Positions 9,472 through 18,026 are shown, counted from the stretch's first letter. The stretch is 64,000 bases of DNA from Gemmatimonadaceae bacterium (GCA_035248505.1 DATFHK010000012.1:27821-91820); one strand, 5' to 3'. Notes: generated from the sequence alone by a model not told the origin. Numbers and translations are program-made.

Positions 9472-12400
9472 CGGCTGCCTCCTGTGCGCTCGCCTGCGCA
9501 CCAGTGCCACGCACGGCGTAGTACTTGGCTTCCGGATGGTGCATGATCACGGCGGCGGTCGACTGTTCGGGAAGAAGCTGGAATGCCTCGGTGAGATCCA
9601 TGCCGAGTGCTTCTTTCGCCGGCAGCAGCTTGAATACGACAGCGTGGTCGTCCAGGTCGGGGCATGCGCCGTAACCCCACGAGTAGCGTTTGCCGCTCTC
9701 AACGCCCAGCTCGTTCTTGATGCGACGATGCGCCCACTCGGCGACAGCTTCAGCGGTCTCGACGGACAGGCCGTGCGAGTAGAAAGCTTCGGTGTATTCG
9801 TGCTTTGACTGGAGCCCGTCGAAATGTCTGGTCGCCTCATTGCCGACGGTGACGACCTGCAGTGGCACGACATCGACATCGCCGGAATCGACGCTGCGCA
9901 CGTAATCGGCGAGACAAAGCCGCTCACGCCCAACCATGCGCGGGAAGTGGAAGCGGGCAATCTCGCGCAAAGATCCACCGTCGCTCGAGTACGCAGCAGG
10001 ATCGTAGATGATTACGTCGTTGCCTTGCGACTGAGCGGGGAAGTAGCCGTAGACGACCTCAGGTTTGATCCAGCCGTTCTCTTTCGCGTCTTTCTTCAGA
10101 CGCTCCAGTGCCGGCTCGAATTCCTTTTTGACTGTTTGCTTGTAGGCATCGCCCGATCCGCGCGCGCCCCACTGCAGTCGATACAGCTCGTCGAGATCGA
10201 GGAGATCGAAGACTTCGTCGAGCGGAATGTCGCGAACGACGCGCGTGCCCCAGAACGGCGGCTTGGGAACGGGATTGTTGGCCGCGACGTCGCTGCGCTG
10301 GCCACCAGCTTCGCCGACGGCGATGTCTTTGCCGACAGCAGTCTTGAGGAAGACGTCGTTGCGCGCGTCGTCGAGGTTCTTGATCACGAAGTCTTTGCGC
10401 TGCTTCGGATCCTGGAGGACGTCCATCGTTTCCAGACCTTCGAATGCATCCTTGCAGTAGAAGACGCCGGGTCCATAGTGCCGATCGCCGTCGACGAACA
10501 GCGCGCGACGGCCGAAGCGGCGGTTGATTGCTGCACCGCCGATCAAGACGGGAATCTTCATTCCACGCTTGTCGAGCTCCTGCACGCAGAGCGGCATCTG
10601 CTTCGACGTGGAGACGAGCAGCGCGCTCAGTCCAATTGCGTCAGCACCGACTTCGACGGCCTTGTCGAGAATCGTATTGACGGGCACCTGCTTGCCGAGG
10701 TCGTAGACTGTGTAGCCGTTGTTGGAGAGAATGGTGTTGACGAGCGATTTGCCGATATCGTGCACGTCGCCATATACGGTGGCGAGCACGACCTTCCCTT
10801 TGGTGAAGCCTTCGGCTTTCTCGAGGAATTGCTCCAAATGCTTGACCGCTTTTTTCATGACTTCCGCGGACTGGAGCACGAACGGAAGGATCAATTCGCC
10901 GGCGCCGAACTTGTCGCCGACTTCTTTCATCGCCGGCAGCAGTACCTCGTTCAGCACTCGCACTGGATTCGCACGTACGCCCGCGGCATCGAGCTGCTCC
11001 TCGATGCCTTCTTTCTTGCGGTGAAGGATCATCCAATGGATTCGCTGATCGGGCTCCATGTCGGCGGTCGGATCCTCTTTCTCCGCCTGCGCTGTCGACG
11101 CCGTCGCCCCGGCCGATGCGAAGTGCTCGATAAAACGCTGAAGCGCGTCCGGCCGCTTGTTGAACACCAGATCGTCGGCCAGCTCGCGCTCCGTCTGTGA
11201 GATCTCGGCGTATGGCCGGATGTGCGCGGGGTTCACGATCGCCGCATCGAGGCCGGCCTGCACGCAATGATGCAGGAACACCGAGTTGAGCACGCCGCGA
11301 GCTTCTGATGACAGACCGAAGCTGACGTTCGATACGCCAAGAATGGTCGACACACCCGGCAGCTCGCGCTTGATAAGTCGGATTCCTTCGATGGTTTCCT
11401 TGCCCGACTCGATCCACTCCGCGTCACCGGTCGCGAGGGTGAAGGTCAGCGCGTCGTAGATGATGTCCTCGGGCGCCAGGCCGTACTCACCGACGACGAT
11501 GTCGTAGATCTTCCGTGCGACCTCGAGCTTTCGCTCGCGCGTCTTCGCCATTCCGATCTCGTCGATGGTAAGTGCGATCACTGCAGCACCATGTTTCTTC
11601 ACCAAAGGCACGACTGCATCGATGCGCTTGCGACCGTTCTCCATGTTGATGGAGTTCACAATTCCGCGCCCCGGAATGTGCTCGAGCGCCGCCTCGATGA
11701 CGTTGGCTTCGGTGGAGTCGATGACGAGCGGAGTTTCCACGCTCATCGACAGCAGTTTCACCACCTTCGACATCTGCTCTGCTTCATCCGCGCGCTCGGT
11801 CAGTGCGACACAGACGTCGAGTACGTGCGCACCGGAATCGACCTGATCGCGCGCGACCTCGAGAATTCCTTCGTAGTCGTCCGCGAGCAACAGTCGTTTG
11901 ACTTTGCGCGAGCCCTGTGCGTTGACGCGCTCGCCGACCAGCAGCGGGGGTGGATCCTGGTGCAGGGTAATCGCGCGCATCGCCGAGCTCACGCGCGGCA
12001 CGTGACTCGGATGCTGAGGCTTCGCGTCGGGCTCTGCCTTGCTTACCGCGTCGACGATCGCCGAGAGATGTTCCGGAGTGGTGCCGCAGCATCCGCCAAC
12101 AATGCGCACGCCAAAGTCACGCACGAATTCAGAGAGCGCGTCGGCCATCGGCGCCGGCTCGAGCGGATAGACTGCTTCACCGACGCCGGTGTTGAGCGGC
12201 AATCCGGCGTTGGGAATCACGGACAGCGGCAGGGTCGCGTGCTCGGAGAGATAGCGCACCGGCTCGCGCATGTGCTCGGGCCCCGTCGAGCAGTTCAACC
12301 CAATCACGTTGACGCCCAGTGATTCGAGCGTCGTCATCGCGCTGGCGATGTCGGTACCGAGGAGCATGCGGCCGCTGACATCGAGGGTGACCTGCGCCTG

Positions 12401-12994
12401 TATTGGAATGCGACGACCGATCTCCGTGAACAGCTGCTCGATTCCCGCGACTGCAGCTTTGACTTCGAGAATGTCCTGCGACGTTTCGATCAGCAGCAGA
12501 TCGACACCGCCCTCGACGAGATACTTCGCCTGCTCATAGTAATTCCCAGCCAGCTCGTCGTAAGTGATCTGCGACAAAACCGGATCAGAGCTCGATGGCA
12601 GCATCCCCGTTGGGCCCATCGATGCCGCCACGAACCGTGGTTTATCCGGCGTCGAATATTTCTCGGCTGCCGCTCGCGCGATTCCGGCCGCAGCGAGATT
12701 GACGTCGCGAACTTTGTCGCCCAGTCCCCATTCGTGGAGACGGCGCGGAGTCGATTGGAACGTGCATGTCTCGACGACGTCGCAACCGACCTTCAGGAAC
12801 GACTCGTGAATTTCCTGAATGACATCAGGCCGTGTGAGGACGAGGTGATCGTTGCATCCCTCGAGCGCTTTCCCGCCAAAATCCTCGGCGGTGAGGTGGT
12901 AGCGCTGGATGTTCGTCCCCATCGCGCCGTCGTAGACGAGGACGCGGCGATTCAGCTCATCGAGATAGCGAGATTCAATCTTTCGTTTGGCCAT
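9464..12994 (-). CDS. metH: Cobalamin-dependent methionine synthase
   Basis: Hcy domain GGCCGTT, pterin domain VGERVN, cobalamin motif GDVHDIGK..V..LS, reactivation domain RYSWGYGACPDL. Confidence 0.97.
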   Translation of the reverse strand: MAKRKIESRYLDELNRRVLVYDGAMGTNIQRYHLTAEDFGGKALEGCNDHLVLTRPDVIQEIHESFLKVGCDVVETCTFQSTPRRLHEWGLGDKVRDVNLAAAGIARAAAEKYSTPDKPRFVAASMGPTGMLPSSSDPVLSQITYDELAGNYYEQAKYLVEGGVDLLLIETSQDILEVKAAVAGIEQLFTEIGRRIPIQAQVTLDVSGRMLLGTDIASAMTTLESLGVNVIGLNCSTGPEHMREPVRYLSEHATLPLSVIPNAGLPLNTGVGEAVYPLEPAPMADALSEFVRDFGVRIVGGCCGTTPEHLSAIVDAVSKAEPDAKPQHPSHVPRVSSAMRAITLHQDPPPLLVGERVNAQGSRKVKRLLLADDYEGILEVARDQVDSGAHVLDVCVALTERADEAEQMSKVVKLLSMSVETPLVIDSTEANVIEAALEHIPGRGIVNSINMENGRKRIDAVVPLVKKHGAAVIALTIDEIGMAKTRERKLEVARKIYDIVVGEYGLAPEDIIYDALTFTLATGDAEWIESGKETIEGIRLIKRELPGVSTILGVSNVSFGLSSEARGVLNSVFLHHCVQAGLDAAIVNPAHIRPYAEISQTERELADDLVFNKRPDALQRFIEHFASAGATASTAQAEKEDPTADMEPDQRIHWMILHRKKEGIEEQLDAAGVRANPVRVLNEVLLPAMKEVGDKFGAGELILPFVLQSAEVMKKAVKHLEQFLEKAEGFTKGKVVLATVYGDVHDIGKSLVNTILSNNGYTVYDLGKQVPVNTILDKAVEVGADAIGLSALLVSTSKQMPLCVQELDKRGMKIPVLIGGAAINRRFGRRALFVDGDRHYGPGVFYCKDAFEGLETMDVLQDPKQRKDFVIKNLDDARNDVFLKTAVGKDIAVGEAGGQRSDVAANNPVPKPPFWGTRVVRDIPLDEVFDLLDLDELYRLQWGARGSGDAYKQTVKKEFEPALERLKKDAKENGWIKPEVVYGYFPAQSQGNDVIIYDPAAYSSDGGSLREIARFHFPRMVGRERLCLADYVRSVDSGDVDVVPLQVVTVGNEATRHFDGLQSKHEYTEAFYSHGLSVETAEAVAEWAHRRIKNELGVESGKRYSWGYGACPDLDDHAVVFKLLPAKEALGMDLTEAFQLLPEQSTAAVIMHHPEAKYYAVRGTGAQASAQEAAVA

Positions 12995-13027
12995 CTATTC
13001 CATCTCCCGCCCAAACTGAGCGGTAAC

Positions 13028-13054
13028 AAAAAAGCCCGCGCGTAGGCGCTGGGC
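13028..13054 (-). terminator. Intrinsic terminator in the metH leader (riboswitch expression platform)
   Basis: Minus strand GCCCAGCGC-CTAC-GCGCGGGC-TTTTTT. Confidence 0.8.
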
Positions 13055-13055
13055 C

Positions 13056-13110
13056 AGCGCTTTAGCGGATTGTTTAACGTGGCCGCAAGTTGCTTTAAAT
13101 CGCCACGAAG
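13056..13110 (-). ncRNA. SAM-II (SAM_alpha) riboswitch aptamer
   Basis: Minus strand CGTGGC-GATTTAAAGCAACTTGCG-GCCACG-TTAAACAATCC-GCTAAAG matches SAM-II hallmarks (P1 CGTGG/CCACG, GATTT, TTGC, TAAA, GCTAAA) and lies upstream of metH. Confidence 0.88.
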
Positions 13111-13129
13111 TCGATTGACACCCTTCACT

Positions 13130-13158
13130 ATAGTAGTCCGAAGTCGAATCCCTGGCAA
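13130..13158 (-). promoter_or_regulatory. Sigma70-type promoter of the metH operon
   Basis: TTGCCA-17 nt-TACTAT on the minus strand, about 20 nt upstream of the aptamer. Confidence 0.7.
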
Positions 13159-13167
13159 GAGTTAGGA

Positions 13168-13788
13168 CCGAGGTCTCCGGACCAACGGCACTTCTGACTG
13201 CTGACTGAGTGAGGACTGGGACCTTTTGGACGGTGCACGAGTTTGACGAGGCGCGAAGGGTAAAGGGTTTGTCGCACCGTACGAAGACCAACAGACTTCG
13301 CGCATGTCTCATTTCGGGCCCGCCTTATCCGCAGAAAGCTCCAATGATCCGCTGTTTCGAATGCGCGCGTACACGATTGCCAATAATCTTGTGGAAACCG
13401 CGTATTTGGATGCCAAGACTTTAAGTCGTGATCCAGTTGCGGAGAGGATGTCCGGACAACTCTACGCAGCCGTTGGTTCCATAGTCGCCAATCTTGGGGA
13501 AGGCTATTCACGGAGCTCGGGCAAGGACCGCGCGCACATCTTCGAGTACGCGCTTGGTTCGGTGCGAGAAGCGATGGGCTGGTACCGGGCCGCACGCCCC
13601 ATATTGGGTGAAATTGTACGGGAACGCCTCAATGCGCTCGAAGAAATTCGGCGATTGTTACTCGCGATTATCGCGCGAGAGCGGGGCAGAACAATTGGTC
13701 CGAACAAAAAATGAGGAGCAGTGCAGGCGCTTGGTCCGAGTCCTCACTCAGTCAGCAGTCAGAAATGCCGTTGGTCCGAAGACCTCGG
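13168..13788. mobile_element. Inverted-repeat-bounded four-helix-bundle cassette (arms 13168-13223 and 13733-13788)
   Basis: 56-bp arms, 53/56 identical as reverse complements, enclosing a single antisense gene. Mobility is inferred, not shown. Confidence 0.7.
13304..13714 (+). CDS. Four helix bundle protein (23S rRNA intervening-sequence protein / Avd-like)
   Basis: QLYAAVGSIVANLGEGYSRSSGKDRAHIFEYALGSVRE fits the family signature Q...S.SI..NIAEG..R.....F...A.GS..E. Confidence 0.9.
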   Translation: MSHFGPALSAESSNDPLFRMRAYTIANNLVETAYLDAKTLSRDPVAERMSGQLYAAVGSIVANLGEGYSRSSGKDRAHIFEYALGSVREAMGWYRAARPILGEIVRERLNALEEIRRLLLAIIARERGRTIGPNKK

Positions 13789-13795
13789 CCCCGAC

Positions 13796-14209
13796 TTAGA
13801 ACTCCAGCTGGTAGTCCTGCCGACTTTCTTCCCTCTGCGACCTTCCTGTCGTCCTCGACCTACTGTCAAACGACTGGACTAAAGCCAACAGTCTCTGTCT
13901 CTCCAACGGCAATACTAAATGCGCGAGTGTCGCCCGCTGCAGCTTGGGCGGCAGGAAGAGATGCTCTCCGTGCGATTTGCCGTACACGATTAACGCGGTG
14001 TTGCCGGTGACGGGCAGCGTTGCCGAGGGGCCGGCGTCTTCCACCGATTCCGTAGAAGCAACCATGATCGCGGCGTCATCGCCGGCCATGATCACCGCCG
14101 CTTCAGCGATTGTCGCGGCGAAGGTCACGTCGTGTCCGCAGCCAACCAATGTCTGCGCCAATCCTTCCAGCAGCGCGATGTCGGCGCCTACTAAAATCAC
14201 CTTACACAA
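13796..14209 (-). CDS. Hypothetical protein, atypical (pseudo) receiver-like fold
   Basis: VILVGADIALLEGLAQTL..CGHDVTFAATIAEA resembles the REC N-terminus but lacks the acidic pocket and phospho-Asp; translationally coupled to yggU. Confidence 0.6.
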   Translation of the reverse strand: MCKVILVGADIALLEGLAQTLVGCGHDVTFAATIAEAAVIMAGDDAAIMVASTESVEDAGPSATLPVTGNTALIVYGKSHGEHLFLPPKLQRATLAHLVLPLERQRLLALVQSFDSRSRTTGRSQREESRQDYQLEF

Positions 14210-14507
14210 CGTCTGGGCCCTCCGCCAATCGGTGAATCGATTCCAGGGAAATCCCCGTCACCTCGAGAACTTTCGTCCGCGAGGCGGAGCCGCTCACGAT
14301 GCACACATTGCGCCGCGAAGTTTTCAGCGCAGCTGAGATCAGATCGATCACACTCTCGTTCGCCCTCCCTTCGACTGGCGGAGCAGTCACCCGCACTTTG
14401 AGCGCCGAGCCCTGCAATCCTACTATTTCGTTTTTCGAAGCGCGAGGTTGCAGCCTGATTGTGAACCGAACGCCTGCTGAAGTTTTACGCGCGTCGAGTC
14501 CGCTCAC
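14202..14507 (-). CDS. yggU: DUF167/YggU family protein
   Basis: LQPRASKNEI, LKVRVTAPPVEGRAN, SGSASRTK; GTG start overlaps the yggT TGA (GTGA). Confidence 0.88.
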   Translation of the reverse strand: MSGLDARKTSAGVRFTIRLQPRASKNEIVGLQGSALKVRVTAPPVEGRANESVIDLISAALKTSRRNVCIVSGSASRTKVLEVTGISLESIHRLAEGPDVV

Positions 14508-15094
14508 ACCAACCGGAAGAGCAGGTTCTCGATAATTCCCAGCAGGATGTACGCGACGATCGGCGTGATGTCGAGTCCCGCAAGCACGGGCACGACTCTT
14601 CTCAGCGGCGAAAGAATGGGCTCGCTCAGCCGATAGCTCCAGTTCACCCACGCCGAGTAGGGCGAGATCGGCAGCCACGAGCTGATCACTCTCACGATTA
14701 GAGCTGTCTTGAGGATGGTGAAGGTCCAGCTCACCAGCAGCCGGAATATTCCGCGGGATCCTTCCTGCGACGCGATGATCGATCGCACGACCTCGAGCCG
14801 AATGAGGTCGAGCGCGGTCAGCAACAGGATTCCACCGATTACGACTGCCGCCAACGCCCAGAGCGGCGCTGATGCGGGGGCGCCACCCGCGCGCACTACT
14901 CTGCGCTCGATCGGCGCGATGATCGGATCAACGGTCGAGCGGCAAAAGCGCGCTACCGCATTGAATGGGCTGATTTTTCTGGTCCGCACTGCCCAGTCCA
15001 GCACGCAGATCGCGCCGAACGCAACCGCCACCGACAACAGCGCGGTACGCAGTATCTGAATTACTGCGTCCGCGCCGGTGAGAAAGGTCTCCAT
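14504..15094 (-). CDS. yggT: YggT family membrane protein
   Basis: Two YggT repeats (DPIIAPIERRV; SEPILSPLRRVVP..GLDITPIV). Confidence 0.88.
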   Translation of the reverse strand: METFLTGADAVIQILRTALLSVAVAFGAICVLDWAVRTRKISPFNAVARFCRSTVDPIIAPIERRVVRAGGAPASAPLWALAAVVIGGILLLTALDLIRLEVVRSIIASQEGSRGIFRLLVSWTFTILKTALIVRVISSWLPISPYSAWVNWSYRLSEPILSPLRRVVPVLAGLDITPIVAYILLGIIENLLFRLV

Positions 15095-15112
15095 CTAGTG
15101 GAGAAGCTCCAT

Positions 15113-17452
15113 CTATTGGAGTGTTGGCCTCATGTGCAGTTCTTTCACAAGGAATGCAAATCTATCAGCAGCTTCGTCGATCAGCTTGGTCGTCGGCCGT
15201 CCTGCGCCGTGGCCCGACTTGGTCTCGATCCTTACGAGAATCGGGTTCGAACAGTTTTGCGCCGCCTGCAACGTGGCGACGTACTTGAAGGTATGGCCTG
15301 GTACGACGCGATCGTCGTGATCGGCGGTGAAGGCAAGCGTCGGCGGGTAGCACGTCAACGGCTTGATGTTGTGGAGAGGGGAGTACGCGCGCAGATAGTT
15401 GAACGCCGTCGAATCGTCCGACGATCCGTAGTCGGACGTCCACGCCCAGCCAATCGTGAATTTCTGGAAGCGCAGCATGTCCATCACGCCGACTTCCGGC
15501 AGCGCCGCGCCAAACAGATCGGGACGCTGATTCAAAACCGCGCCAATCAGCAGCCCGCCATTGGAGCCGCCCCGAATTGCCAGCTTCGGCGTCGATGTGT
15601 ATTTCTGCGAGATCAGGTACTGCGCGGCGGCAATGAAATCGTCGAAGACGTTCTGCTTCTTCGCCAGCATTCCGCCTTCGTGCCACTCCTTGCCGTACTC
15701 GCCCCCACCGCGGATGTTGGCGAGCGCATAAATCCCGCCCATCTCCAGCCACGCGATGTTCGCCGCCGAAAACGACGGTGTTTCCGCGATATTGAACCCG
15801 CCGTAAGCGTAGAGCAGGGTGGGATGGCTGCCATCGAGGGCGATGCCCTTCTTGGCGGTGATGAACATCGGCACCCGCGTGCCGTCCTTGCTGGTGTAAA
15901 AAACCTGCCGCGTCTCGTACGCCGTCGGATCGAAGTCCACCTTCGGCGCACGGAACACTTCGTTGCGGCGTGAATCGAGATCGAAGCGGTAAATCGTCGT
16001 CGGATACAGGAAGGACGTGAAGCTGTAAAACATCTCGTTGTCGCCCTGCCGACCCTGAATCACGTCGACGCTGCCGATGCCCGGCAGCGGCAGCTCGCCG
16101 CGCGGCGTGAACCCGCCAACCGAAGGAATGCGCTCGCGCGTCACGATCGGAGCGGTGCTCGTGTCATCGTAGACGCTGCCGGGATTCCGCGGCTGCTGCG
16201 TCGGTGGCCGCCGAATGTCGTCACGCCTGTTGTCGCGTCCCCCGCTGAAAAAGCGAACCGTCGAATGCGCGTCCTGCAGATAGTTGGCGACGATGTCATC
16301 GCCGACAGTCGACGCGCTGATCAACGCATCCTTGCTCTCGGGAATCAGCGTCGTCCAGCGCTCCTCGCGCGGATTGTCGATGCTGATGCCCACGACTCGA
16401 CCTTTCGGCGCATTCTTGTCGGTGCGCACGTAGAAAATCGTTCCGCGATTGCCGACGAAATCGTATTCTGCATCGAGCTTGTCGATCAGCCGCACGACGG
16501 GATTGTCGATCTCCGGCTTGCCGGGATTGTCGAGGTCGATGAAGTAGAGCCGCGTTCTGACGTCGGTGCCCTGTGAAACATTGATGATCAGGTATTGGCC
16601 ATCGTCAGAAACACTGCCGGTGAAGAGCCAGTCGGGTTCATCCGGCCGATCGTAGACGAGCTCGTCACGCGACTGTGGCTGGCCGACGCGATGGTAGTAG
16701 AGCTTGTGATTCTTGTTCGCGTTCGTCATCGCATTGCCGGATGTCGGCTCGTCGTAACGCGAATAGAAGAAGCCCCGATTGTCGTGCGTCCAGGCGATGT
16801 TCGAGAACTTGACCCACTTCAGCACGTCCGAGAGATCGCGGCCGGTGTCGACATCGCGCACATGGATCTCGCGCCAATCGGATCCGCTTGTCGACAAGCT
16901 GTACGCCAGATAGCGCGCATCGTCGGATGCCGCGATCACGCCCAGCGCCACCGTTCCGTCGCTCGACAGCACGTTCGGATCCAGCAACATCCGCGGCCGC
17001 GCGTCGCGTCCGTCCTGAACGTAGAGCACGCTCTGGTTTTGCAGGCCGGTGTTCTGGAAGTAGAAGTAGCGATTGTTCTGCTTGAAGGGCACCGAGTAGC
17101 GTGCGTAGTTCCACAATTTGGTGAGCCGGTTCCGAATCGCCGTTCGCTCGGGAATGGTCGCCAGGAACGAATCCGTCAGCCTGTTCTCGGCGGCGACCCA
17201 CGCTTTGGTTTCGGGCGCGTCGACGTCTTCCAGAGACCGATATGGATCGGCGATACTGACGCCGTGATAGACATCGACCTGCGTTCCTTTGGGCGCGACT
17301 GGATACGAGAGCGATGGATTGGGCGCGGTTTGGGCGACGGCGCCGGCGGCGACGGCAAATAACGAAATGGCGGGCGTAGCGAACATCGCCCGGATGCTGT
17401 GGCGGGACATGAGTGCTGACCTGCTCTTGTTGTTGGTTATGATGTATCTCAA
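15113..17452 (-). CDS. Prolyl oligopeptidase (S9A), secreted
   Basis: DPYRSLED, YGGFN, RGGGEYG, GGSNGG, DHDDRV, SGHG; true start may be 17410. Confidence 0.95.
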   Translation of the reverse strand: MRYIITNNKSRSALMSRHSIRAMFATPAISLFAVAAGAVAQTAPNPSLSYPVAPKGTQVDVYHGVSIADPYRSLEDVDAPETKAWVAAENRLTDSFLATIPERTAIRNRLTKLWNYARYSVPFKQNNRYFYFQNTGLQNQSVLYVQDGRDARPRMLLDPNVLSSDGTVALGVIAASDDARYLAYSLSTSGSDWREIHVRDVDTGRDLSDVLKWVKFSNIAWTHDNRGFFYSRYDEPTSGNAMTNANKNHKLYYHRVGQPQSRDELVYDRPDEPDWLFTGSVSDDGQYLIINVSQGTDVRTRLYFIDLDNPGKPEIDNPVVRLIDKLDAEYDFVGNRGTIFYVRTDKNAPKGRVVGISIDNPREERWTTLIPESKDALISASTVGDDIVANYLQDAHSTVRFFSGGRDNRRDDIRRPPTQQPRNPGSVYDDTSTAPIVTRERIPSVGGFTPRGELPLPGIGSVDVIQGRQGDNEMFYSFTSFLYPTTIYRFDLDSRRNEVFRAPKVDFDPTAYETRQVFYTSKDGTRVPMFITAKKGIALDGSHPTLLYAYGGFNIAETPSFSAANIAWLEMGGIYALANIRGGGEYGKEWHEGGMLAKKQNVFDDFIAAAQYLISQKYTSTPKLAIRGGSNGGLLIGAVLNQRPDLFGAALPEVGVMDMLRFQKFTIGWAWTSDYGSSDDSTAFNYLRAYSPLHNIKPLTCYPPTLAFTADHDDRVVPGHTFKYVATLQAAQNCSNPILVRIETKSGHGAGRPTTKLIDEAADRFAFLVKELHMRPTLQ

Positions 17453-17513
17453 TCTACGACCTATAGACAGTTAGGTTCCACTGTCGCCCTACTATTCCGA
17501 CGGCGGTTATTGA

Positions 17514-18026
17514 ATGGCGAAGATTACCCAAGGCGCGCACAAGGATCGGCGCTACTGGCTGCTCAAATCGGACACGGACACGTTTTCCTGGGACGATCTG
17601 TGGAACGCGCCCAATCGCACCACCCATTGGGATGGTGTGCGGAATTTCCAGGCGCGCAATTACATGCGCGATGAAATGAAGAAAGGCGATCTCGCCTTCT
17701 TCTACCATTCGGGCGGAGAAGACCCGGCCATCATTGGGATTGTCGAGGTGGTGCGCGAGGGTTACCCCGACTCGACGGCGCTCGATCCGAAGGATCCGCA
17801 CTACGATCCGCGCAGCAAGGGCGGAGAGTCCCACTGGTCGATGGTGGACATCCGCGCGGTCGAGAAACTGTCCCGCCCGGTGACCCTCGCCGAGATGAGG
17901 ACCAAGCCGGAGTTGCAGGCTATGCCGCTGCTGCAGAAGGGAAACCGGCTTTCGGTGCAGAAGGTCGGGCCGGCGGAGTGGAATGCGGTGATCGCGCTGT
18001 CGAAGTTGGGGACGGACGAGGGTTGA
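17514..18026 (+). CDS. EVE domain protein (thymocyte nuclear protein 1-like)
   Basis: YWLLKS, WDGVRNFQARN, GDLAFFYHS, DPHYDPRS, RLSVQKV. Confidence 0.93.
   Translation: MAKITQGAHKDRRYWLLKSDTDTFSWDDLWNAPNRTTHWDGVRNFQARNYMRDEMKKGDLAFFYHSGGEDPAIIGIVEVVREGYPDSTALDPKDPHYDPRSKGGESHWSMVDIRAVEKLSRPVTLAEMRTKPELQAMPLLQKGNRLSVQKVGPAEWNAVIALSKLGTDEG

Noticed and set aside
9824-11200. Long antisense ORFs (this 458-aa one, 8548-9546, 53001-53984 and similar)
   Set aside because: Shadow frames of well-supported genes in GC-rich DNA, with no motifs.
13115-13134. Plus-strand promoter TTGACA...TATAGT
   Set aside because: The spacer is only 8 nt; the minus-strand pair has the canonical 17.
13304-13714. Diversity-generating retroelement (Avd-like gene)
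   Set aside because: No reverse transcriptase and no TR/VR pair with adenine-specific mismatches in the window.
13695-13780. Mini-CRISPR from three TTGGTCCGA copies
   Set aside because: The repeat is only 9-10 bp, lies within the IR arm, and no cas genes are present.
13168-13788. Classical IS element or rRNA intervening sequence
   Set aside because: No transposase motifs or evident target duplication, and the flanks are not rRNA.
17514-18026. EVE-based restriction/defence system
   Set aside because: Stand-alone THYN1-like EVE with no nuclease or toxin partner nearby.
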